This document shows positions 1 to 5,034 of a stretch of DNA of 5,177 bases, piece after piece. Location of the stretch: positions 1 through 5,177 of IMG/VR virus record IMGVR_UViG_3300045988_037122; one strand, written 5' to 3'. The notes under the pieces were generated by a model. That model worked only from the letters and a program-made list of their open reading frames with translations, was not told the origin of the DNA and searched no databases. The DNA is from a virus. Positions within the stretch are counted from its first letter, which is position 1. Each line of letters opens with the position of its first letter. Position numbers and translations under genes: made by a program.

Positions 1-55
1 GGCTGAACGTGTGTTTAAGAACCTTGTCGCTCAGATCGCTGTCGGTGAACCTAAA
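1..55. repeat. Terminal redundancy: nt 1-55 are identical to nt 5123-5177. This is a circular-genome wrap-around; the unit genome is about 5122 nt.
   Basis: Direct comparison by eye: ggctgaacgtgtgtttaagaaccttgtcgctcagatcgctgtcggtgaacctaaa occurs at both ends. The ORF reading frame is continuous across the junction. Confidence 0.9.
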
Positions 56-205
56 GAGTATTCGTTCCGTCTTGTCGGTCGTTTCGATGGTCTTATGTTT
101 GTAAATGCTGATAATGTGCTGGTAGAAGCTGATGAAGCTGGAGTTCCGATTCCTGAAATTTTGCGAGGTGATGAGTATGTCGAAAAAGTGGCTGACAATG
201 TATGA
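2..205 (+). CDS. C-terminal part of the 98-aa ORF that starts at 5031 (same DNA after circular wrap). Hypothetical protein in the gokushovirus VP5 position.
   Basis: Frame continuous with 5031..5177 across the wrap; stop TGA at 203-205. Its position between the J-like gene and the scaffold gene matches the VP4-VP5-VP3-VP1-VP2 order. I see no recognisable motif. Confidence 0.4.
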   Translation, partial: AERVFKNLVAQIAVGEPKEYSFRLVGRFDGLMFVNADNVLVEADEAGVPIPEILRGDEYVEKVADNV

Positions 206-671
206 TGTATATGAAAATCCTGTTCCGGTGGAAAGTAACCCCGGAACAGCCACCCGTGAAGAGTATAAGTTATCCGTAGGTAAGGATGGTCGTAAGTGTC
301 TTACTAAGATTCGTGATATTGATATATCCGCATATATTAACAGTTATGCTCCCGGATGTGATATGGCTGTGATTTTGGATAAGTTACAGGCTGGGTTAAT
401 TTCTACTGATTTTGATGAAAAGAACTGTGTGGATCTGTCTATGATGCCGAAAGATGTTGTGGATGCAATGCAGAGGACAAGGCAGTTCCGCGAGAGTTTC
501 TCTGAGTTTCCTCCTGAGGTTCAGGAGTTGTTCAACTATGATTCTAACCTGTTTATTCAGAGTTTTCTCGATGGTTCGCTTGATTCTGCTCTTGATTCTC
601 TTCGTAAGCCGGATCCTAAGCCTGATCCTAATCCGGATCCTGTCCCTGGTAAGAAAGTTGGTGATGAATAA
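177..671 (+). CDS. Putative internal scaffolding protein (VP3-like), 164 aa. It has an acidic, low-complexity C-terminal tail (DGSLDSALDSLRKPDPKPDPNPDPVPGKKVGDE).
   Basis: Long + strand ORF directly upstream of VP1. GAGGTG (165-170) lies 6 nt before ATG 177. Alternative in-frame starts are ATG 171 and ATG 198 (ATGTATGA overlap with the upstream stop). The ORF-track start at 132 has no RBS. Size and position fit gokushovirus VP3. The assignment is positional, not motif based. Confidence 0.5.
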   Translation: MSKKWLTMYDVYENPVPVESNPGTATREEYKLSVGKDGRKCLTKIRDIDISAYINSYAPGCDMAVILDKLQAGLISTDFDEKNCVDLSMMPKDVVDAMQRTRQFRESFSEFPPEVQELFNYDSNLFIQSFLDGSLDSALDSLRKPDPKPDPNPDPVPGKKVGDE

Positions 672-778
672 TGGGAGGTTTACTTTTTGCTATGTTTTTT
701 CTGATCCTCATGGATCTTGGAATTAATATTTATAGTCTAGTGCTGATTGCATCAGACTACAGAAAGGATGGTGAGTAA
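671..778 (+). CDS. Hypothetical 35-aa hydrophobic peptide (MGGLLFAMFFLILMDLGINIYSLVLIASDYRKDGE) in the VP3-VP1 spacer. Its TAATG start is coupled to the VP3 stop.
   Basis: ATG 671-673 overlaps the VP3 TAA at 669-671; stop TAA at 776-778. There is one predicted TM-like segment followed by a charged tail. No homology was recognised. This may be a chance ORF in T-rich DNA. Confidence 0.2.
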   Translation: MGGLLFAMFFLILMDLGINIYSLVLIASDYRKDGE

Positions 779-2483
779 GTTGGCATTTTCAAAAAATCTG
801 ATTGATGCTAACAGTTATTTTTCAACGTATAAGAGTGATCTGGAAAGACCACGTTCCCGGTTTGATAGATCGTCTTCGATCAAGACTTCGTTTAATGTTG
901 GTGACTTAGTGCCGTTTTATCTTGATGAGGTTCTACCTGGTGATACGTTCGACGTAGAGACTTCTTTCGTAACTCGATTACAAACGCTTATCACACCTCC
1001 TATGGATGATCTTTTTCTTGATATGTATTACTTCTTTGTTCCGTCCAGACTTTGCTGGACGCACTGGAAAGAATTTATGGGAGAATCCACTTCTGCGTGG
1101 ACTTCTGATGTAGAATATCAGGTTCCTCAGTTGACGTTCTCTAAGTCTGATAAGACTGTTTTGCAGAAATCTCTGCTTGACTATTTCGGTGTTCCAATTA
1201 ATCCCAATGGTGTTTTGTCAATTAGTAGGTTGCCGATCAATGCTTACAATTTGATTTGGAATGAATGGTTCCGTGATGAAAACTTACAAGATGAAGTACT
1301 TGTTGATATTGATGATGGTAATGTGGAATTTGACAAGAATAATTCTGCAAAAGGCGGTGCTTTGCTTAAAGTAAATAAGTTACATGACTATTTTACTTCT
1401 GCTTTGCCTGAGCCTCAGAAAGGTGCCGACGTTACAATTTCTTCGTTGTTTGGTGATATTCCTGTAGTTACTCGTAAAGATAATTCTAATAGATCTTCTG
1501 TTCCATTAACTTTTAATTTTGCTGGTCAGCCTGAATTTACTTTTCAGGATGGCAAAGGATATGATTTAGGACTTAAAGGTAATGATGCTCTTTTACCTGG
1601 TTTTAAGAAAGCTTATGCTACTATCTCTCCTAAAAGTTATAGTACTATTGATTCTTCTACTTTTCCGTCTGACCTTGATCTTGCTCCTAGTAACCTTTTT
1701 GCGGATGCTGCTAGTTCTGATTATCTGACTGTGAATAGTCTACGTCTTGCTTTTGCGACTCAGCAGATGCTTGAAACAGACGCCCGGTCTGGATCTAGGT
1801 ATATTGAGTTACTTCGCGGTCACTTTGGTGTGATCTCCCCTGACGGCAGATTACAACGTCCTGAGTTATTATCTGCTAACCGTACTCGAATTAATGTTCA
1901 TCAGATCGTACAGCAGAGTGAATCTGGTGAGACTCCTCTTGGTACTACTGCCGCTATGTCTTTGACATCTGATACTGACAACAGTTTCATAAAATCTTTT
2001 ACGGAACATGGTTTCGTGATCGGTGTAATGTGTGCTAGGTATAACCATACCTACCAGCAAGGTTTACAGCGTATGTGGTCAAGAAAAAATCGTCTTGACT
2101 ATTATTTTCCGATCTTGGCTAACATCGGTGAACAGCCGATCTATAGTCGTGAAATCTATTATGATAACGATGGATTCGGCAGCCTTGACGACGTTTTCGG
2201 TTATCAGGAAGCCTGGGCAGATTACCGTTACAAGACCAGTATTGTCACTGGAGAAATGCGTTCTGGTATTACTAACAGTTTGCAATCTTGGCATTTCGCA
2301 GATTATTATGCACAGAAGCCTACTTTATCTGCTGCTTGGATTCAGGAAGATAAGAACAACGTCGACAGAACATTAGCTGTTACATCAAAGTTGGCAGATC
2401 AGATCTTCGGTGATTTCTACGTCAAGAATTTGACTACTAGAGTTATGCCGGTACATTCTATTCCAGGCTTGCACACTCTGTAA
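768..2483 (+). CDS. VP1: Major capsid protein VP1 (Microviridae F/VP1 family, gokushovirus-like), 571 aa from the first ATG.
   Basis: Carries the conserved N-terminal block SRFDRS..KTSF..G.L.P...DEVLPGDTF......TRL.T...PPMDDLFLD.YYFFVPSRLCW..W that I recognise from Chlamydia-phage and other gokushovirus VP1 proteins. It is the longest ORF in a 5.1-kb circular genome. Start is uncertain: ATG 768 has AAAGG abutting it; the ORF-track start 747 is TTG. Confidence 0.93.
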   Translation: MVSKLAFSKNLIDANSYFSTYKSDLERPRSRFDRSSSIKTSFNVGDLVPFYLDEVLPGDTFDVETSFVTRLQTLITPPMDDLFLDMYYFFVPSRLCWTHWKEFMGESTSAWTSDVEYQVPQLTFSKSDKTVLQKSLLDYFGVPINPNGVLSISRLPINAYNLIWNEWFRDENLQDEVLVDIDDGNVEFDKNNSAKGGALLKVNKLHDYFTSALPEPQKGADVTISSLFGDIPVVTRKDNSNRSSVPLTFNFAGQPEFTFQDGKGYDLGLKGNDALLPGFKKAYATISPKSYSTIDSSTFPSDLDLAPSNLFADAASSDYLTVNSLRLAFATQQMLETDARSGSRYIELLRGHFGVISPDGRLQRPELLSANRTRINVHQIVQQSESGETPLGTTAAMSLTSDTDNSFIKSFTEHGFVIGVMCARYNHTYQQGLQRMWSRKNRLDYYFPILANIGEQPIYSREIYYDNDGFGSLDDVFGYQEAWADYRYKTSIVTGEMRSGITNSLQSWHFADYYAQKPTLSAAWIQEDKNNVDRTLAVTSKLADQIFGDFYVKNLTTRVMPVHSIPGLHTL

Positions 2484-2532
2484 TATCGTACATCATGATA
2501 TGATGCTCATAGTTAATTATATGTCACGGCAG

Positions 2533-2554
2533 GGACAGATGATCTCATCTGTCC
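2533..2554. other. Hairpin: 8-bp stem ggacagat/atctgtcc with a 6-nt loop gatctc. It lies in the VP1-VP2 intergenic region.
   Basis: Perfect inverted repeat read directly from the sequence. It contains the GACAG/CTGTC motif that recurs in this spacer. Confidence 0.6.
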
Positions 2555-2580
2555 TTGATTACTATTAAGTACGAGACAGG

Positions 2581-2630
2581 CAGTCTGTCAACTTCCTTTT
2601 TTTGCATAAAAAAAGGTGGTTGACAGACTG
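2581..2630. other. A 50-nt near-perfect hairpin: 12 bp, a 2x2 internal mismatch, 9 bp (T7/A7), and loop GCAT. The 3' arm contains the consensus -35 hexamer TTGACA (2620-2625).
   Basis: Position i pairs with 5211-i for 21 of 23 positions (checked base by base). It sits in the 183-nt non-coding region between VP1 and VP2. An overlapping mini-hairpin gacag-gcagt-ctgtc lies at 2575-2589. Confidence 0.7.
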
Positions 2631-2666
2631 AATGGCTTGTACTACTTCCCCACGAAAGGAGATACT

Positions 2667-3338
2667 ATGAATAATGATCAACTTACTGCACAGCTTTCCA
2701 ACATTGCTTCGCAAAATACTGCTAAGTCTCAAGAATTTGCTCGTGAAGAAATGCGTTTCAATGCTTCCGAAGCACAAAAAAATAGAGACTGGCAAGCTCA
2801 ACAGTCTGCAACCGCTCATCAAAGAGAAGTTCTCGATCTTCAAAAAGCAGGACTTAATCCTGTTCTTAGTGCTGGCGGCTCTGGTGCTCAAACTGGATCC
2901 GGTGCGACTGCATCCGGTGCCAAAGGTGAAACTGATAATTCCGTTGTGCCTGCATTGACAAGTATTATTGTCAATCAGCAGAATAATGCGAATCAACAAG
3001 CTATTGCTCAGATGCAGCGTGATGCTACTTTAGAAGCTGCTCGCATTCATCAAGCTACAGCTTTACAAGCTGCTAATATTCAAGCCGAAGCGTCTCGGTT
3101 CGCTAGTCTTAATTCTGCGAATGCTTCCCGGTATGCTGCTAATTTAGGTTATGCTAGTTCTCGTTATGCTTCTCAGATGGGATTAGCAGGTACTAAGTAT
3201 TCTAGTAATAAGAGTTCTGGTGCGTCTCGTTATGCAACTAAAGTGAATTCCAAGACCGCTAAACGTGGTCAAAATATGAGTTTAATCGGTTCACTTGCTG
3301 GTTCTGCTGCTGGACTTTTAGGACGTATTTTCGGGTAG
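2667..3338 (+). CDS. VP2: Minor capsid / DNA pilot protein VP2 (gokushovirus VP2-like), 223 aa.
   Basis: RBS AAAGGAG (2655-2661) lies 5 nt before ATG 2667. The N-terminal block EFAREEMRFNASEAQKNRDWQAQ....AHQREVLDLQKAGLNPVL matches the conserved VP2 motif of gokushoviruses. The middle is Gln/Ala-rich and coiled-coil-like, and the C-terminus is hydrophobic (MSLIGSLAGSAAGLLGRIFG). The ORF-track start 2616 is GTG inside the hairpin and is unlikely. Confidence 0.8.
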   Translation: MNNDQLTAQLSNIASQNTAKSQEFAREEMRFNASEAQKNRDWQAQQSATAHQREVLDLQKAGLNPVLSAGGSGAQTGSGATASGAKGETDNSVVPALTSIIVNQQNNANQQAIAQMQRDATLEAARIHQATALQAANIQAEASRFASLNSANASRYAANLGYASSRYASQMGLAGTKYSSNKSSGASRYATKVNSKTAKRGQNMSLIGSLAGSAAGLLGRIFG

Positions 3339-3349
3339 CCGTTACCTAA

Positions 3350-3380
3350 GTGCCCATTACCTACTTGATGTAATGGGCAC
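3350..3380. other. Perfect 11-bp stem (gtgcccattac / gtaatgggcac) with a 9-nt loop CTACTTGAT, 12 nt after the VP2 stop. This is a candidate replication-origin or structural hairpin.
   Basis: All 11 pairs checked by eye. There is no downstream U-run, so it is not a canonical intrinsic terminator. Confidence 0.7.
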
Positions 3381-3405
3381 GACTGACACCAAAAAAACAT
3401 CTGTA

Positions 3406-3435
3406 CGCCGTAGGCGGACAACAAATTTTTTCTTT
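3406..3435 (+). terminator. Weak candidate intrinsic terminator for the VP1-VP2 transcript: short GC stem cgcc-gta-ggcg followed by TTTTTTCTTTT.
   Basis: 4-bp GC stem with a 3-nt loop at 3406-3416; T-run at 3425-3435. The stem is short, so this is a low-confidence call. Confidence 0.25.
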
Positions 3436-3441
3436 TCAGTG

Positions 3442-3470
3442 TTGACTTTTTATTTCCTGTGTAATATAAT
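3442..3470 (+). promoter_or_regulatory. Near-consensus sigma70-type promoter: -35 TTGACT (3442-3447), 17-nt spacer, -10 TATAAT (3465-3470). It drives the HTH gene and probably Rep.
   Basis: Hexamers and spacing read directly from the sequence. A TGTAAT direct repeat (3460-3465 and 3470-3475) flanks and overlaps the -10. Confidence 0.6.
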
Positions 3471-3500
3471 GTAATCAATTAGAGAAAGGAGTTGTTACAT

Positions 3501-3755
3501 ATGACAAAATTTAAAGTTAAAGTTACGTCACATGGAATTAGAGAGAGTCTTGGTATGAGTCAATCAAAGTTTGCTACTACCTTTTGTATTCCGGTTAATA
3601 CCGTTCGGAATTGGGATAGTAAAAGCTGTATGCCTTACTATGTTTTTAGGCTCTTTAATCTTGTTATTGATTATGTTCCTCGAGAATATCTTGAACAAAT
3701 GTATAAGTGTGAGAAAGAAATTGATGATATTGTAAAAAAAGCCGACATCCATTGA
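3501..3755 (+). CDS. Small XRE-family helix-turn-helix protein (HigA/MqsA antitoxin-like HTH), 84 aa. This is an accessory gene that is not part of the canonical gokushovirus set.
   Basis: RBS AAAGGAG (3485-3491) lies 9 nt before ATG 3501. The segment IRESLGMSQSKFATTFCIPVNTVRNWDSKSCMP fits the XRE HTH pattern (R..LG.SQ..FA..FGIP..T...WE.G...P). The downstream tail A..L...I.YVP resembles small HigA-type proteins. The ORF-track start 3492 is TTG. Confidence 0.7.
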   Translation: MTKFKVKVTSHGIRESLGMSQSKFATTFCIPVNTVRNWDSKSCMPYYVFRLFNLVIDYVPREYLEQMYKCEKEIDDIVKKADIH

Positions 3756-3765
3756 TATCGGCTTT
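3738..3765 (+). promoter_or_regulatory. Hairpin spanning the HTH stop codon. The pairing is aaagccga(c)at / at(a)tcggcttt around a 6-nt loop. It is a possible attenuator or weak terminator between the HTH gene and Rep.
   Basis: 8 bp plus 2 bp separated by one mismatch, with flanking A-run and T-run. Only 3 T follow the stem. Rep RBS AAAGGAG starts at 3773. Confidence 0.35.
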
Positions 3766-3787
3766 GTCCACAAAAGGAGATTGTTAT

Positions 3788-4810
3788 ATGGCTTGCTTTC
3801 ATCCTATGCGTGGTGCGTATACTAATGTTAAAACATCTAATGGAAAAAATCAAGTTAAAGTTTTTCCTGTTGCTACTACTGGTAACAAATATGTGTATCA
3901 GAATCGTTCGAATTCTGATTCTTTTGTTTGTTCCGATCATGAATTTGATACTGGTAACTGGAAACGTTTGGAAACATTTTCTATTCCTTGTGGCAAATGT
4001 ATTGGTTGCCGTCTTGATTATTCCCGTCGTTGGGCAACTCGACTGATGCTTGAGTTGCAGTGTCATACAAGTGCATTTTTTGTTACGCTTACTTATGACG
4101 ATAACCATATCAATCGCGGTGATAAGATTGCTTATACTCTTGTGAAAAAAGATGTTGTTGACTTTATGAAGCGTCTACGTAAAGAACAATCACAAAGATG
4201 TGATACAAAAATTCGGTTTTATTGTGCTGGTGAATATGGTACTGATACTCACCGTCCGCACTATCATTTGATTTTATTTGACTGGATTCCTCCAGAAGGT
4301 GATCTTGTCTTTTTGAAAAATAGCTTTGCTGGTAATAAATATTGGTATAGTCTTACTCTTAATAAATTATGGGAAAATGGCTATAATGTAGTTGCTGATG
4401 TTACATGGAAGAGTTGTGCTTATGTTGCTCGGTATATGTTGAAAAAGCATAAAGGTGTTGATGCTGATATTTATGATGATCTCGGGATTGTTCCGGAATT
4501 TTCTACTATGTCTCGTATGCCTGGTATCGGCAAAGAATATTATGATGTGCATTCAAAAGAGATGCTTGATCTTGGATATGTCCAGATGCCGGATGGTCTT
4601 ACTGCTCCTGTACCTCGTTATTTTGATCCGTTTTTTGAGCGTGATTATCCAAAAGAGTTTGATAAAATGTCGAATGATCGTGTCCAGACTGCTAAAATGT
4701 TGCAAGCTATTAAAGAGTATTCGACTGAGTTAGATTATTTTGAGCAGCTTGAGATTGATGAACAGAGTAAATTATTTAAATCTAAAATGTTAATTCGTCC
4801 AGATATTTAG
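3788..4810 (+). CDS. VP4: Replication initiation protein (Microviridae VP4 / gene A-like HUH rolling-circle endonuclease), 340 aa.
   Basis: RBS AAAGGAG (3773-3779) lies 8 nt before ATG 3788. RCR motif I is FFVTLTYDD (aa 97-105). Motif II is HRPHYHLILF (HuH at aa 158-160). Motif III is the double tyrosine YVARYMLKK (aa 212-220), compare phiX174 A YVAKYVNKK. A Cys knuckle CGKCIGC is also present. The ORF-track start 3752 is TTG. Confidence 0.93.
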   Translation: MACFHPMRGAYTNVKTSNGKNQVKVFPVATTGNKYVYQNRSNSDSFVCSDHEFDTGNWKRLETFSIPCGKCIGCRLDYSRRWATRLMLELQCHTSAFFVTLTYDDNHINRGDKIAYTLVKKDVVDFMKRLRKEQSQRCDTKIRFYCAGEYGTDTHRPHYHLILFDWIPPEGDLVFLKNSFAGNKYWYSLTLNKLWENGYNVVADVTWKSCAYVARYMLKKHKGVDADIYDDLGIVPEFSTMSRMPGIGKEYYDVHSKEMLDLGYVQMPDGLTAPVPRYFDPFFERDYPKEFDKMSNDRVQTAKMLQAIKEYSTELDYFEQLEIDEQSKLFKSKMLIRPDI

Positions 4811-4819
4811 TTTTTATTT

Positions 4820-4840
4820 AGCCTAGGGATTTCCTAGGCT
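4820..4840 (+). terminator. Hairpin after the Rep stop: stem agcctagg / cctaggct (8 bp) with loop gattt. It is followed by TATTAAATT, giving a weak terminator-like arrangement.
   Basis: Perfect 8-bp inverted repeat starting 10 nt after the TAG at 4808-4810. The downstream tract is only moderately U-rich. Confidence 0.35.
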
Positions 4841-4862
4841 TATTAAATTGCACTAATTTATA

Positions 4863-4890
4863 TTGACAATACCCCCCCCGGGTATACAAT
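4863..4890 (+). promoter_or_regulatory. Strong sigma70-type promoter: -35 TTGACA (4863-4868), 16-nt spacer containing a C8 tract and a CCCGGG site, -10 TACAAT (4885-4890). It is the likely promoter for the J-like, VP5, VP3 and VP1 gene block.
   Basis: Consensus -35 and a one-mismatch -10, read directly. Located in the 110-nt non-coding region upstream of the AAAGGAG RBS at 4905-4911. Confidence 0.55.
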
Positions 4891-4920
4891 TTAACTATTA
4901 TATGAAAGGAGTTATGTTAT

Positions 4921-5034
4921 ATGGCTAAAAAAATGACTAAAGGCAAGGATCGTCAGGTTTTTCGTAAAACCGCTGATCGTACTAAGAAACTCAATGTTAG
5001 ACCGTTGTTATATCGAGGAGGTATCAGATTATGA
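4921..5034 (+). CDS. Small highly basic DNA-binding/packaging protein (phiX174 J-like, gokushovirus VP8-like), 37 aa: MAKKMTKGKDRQVFRKTADRTKKLNVRPLLYRGGIRL.
   Basis: Absent from the ORF track because it is below the length cut-off. RBS AAAGGAG (4905-4911) lies 9 nt before ATG 4921. 11 of 37 residues are K or R, and the peptide ends with an aromatic residue plus a Gly-Gly tail like phiX J (..LWYVGGQQF). The TGA at 5032-5034 overlaps the next ATG as ATGA. Confidence 0.6.
   Translation: MAKKMTKGKDRQVFRKTADRTKKLNVRPLLYRGGIRL

Noticed and set aside
454-537. N-terminal extension of the 454-726 ORF
   Set aside because: No RBS at ATG 454. Only the internal start at 538 has an AGGAG, so the longer version was not used.
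3350-3380. 11-bp hairpin read as an intrinsic terminator
   Set aside because: No U-run follows it on the + strand (it is followed by GACTGACACCAAAAAAA). The T-run would be on the wrong side for the minus strand. It was kept as a structural or origin candidate instead.
3373-3471. 32-aa basic ORF (MGTTDTKKTSVRRRRTTNFFFSVLTFYFLCNIM) in the VP2-HTH spacer
   Set aside because: No RBS. It spans the hairpin, the putative terminator and the promoter hexamers, so the region is better explained as regulatory DNA.
132-3752. ORF-track start codons at 132, 747 (TTG), 2616 (GTG), 3492 (TTG) and 3752 (TTG)
   Set aside because: These are simply the most upstream alternative start codons. Downstream ATGs at 177, 768, 2667, 3501 and 3788 have properly spaced AAAGGAG or GAGGTG Shine-Dalgarno sequences (768 is less clear), so the shorter models were preferred.
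3810-4046. Very hydrophobic 78-aa ORF in the +1 frame of Rep, and similar +1-frame ORFs at 4455-4733, 2674-2958 and 2032-2376
   Set aside because: Host-frame codons are T-rich at position 3, so the +1 frame has T at codon position 2 and automatically encodes F/L/I/V/M-rich peptides. No RBS was found. This is a compositional artefact unless dual-coding constraint is demonstrated.
1869-4552. All minus-strand ORFs in the track (1869-2060, 2079-2294, 2565-2999, 3269-3478, 3564-3773, 3671-4108, 4367-4552)
   Set aside because: Each lies antisense to a well-supported + strand gene or intergenic hairpin. They are low-complexity (Ile/Ser/Cys/Asn-rich) and lack RBS. Microviridae encode all genes on one strand.
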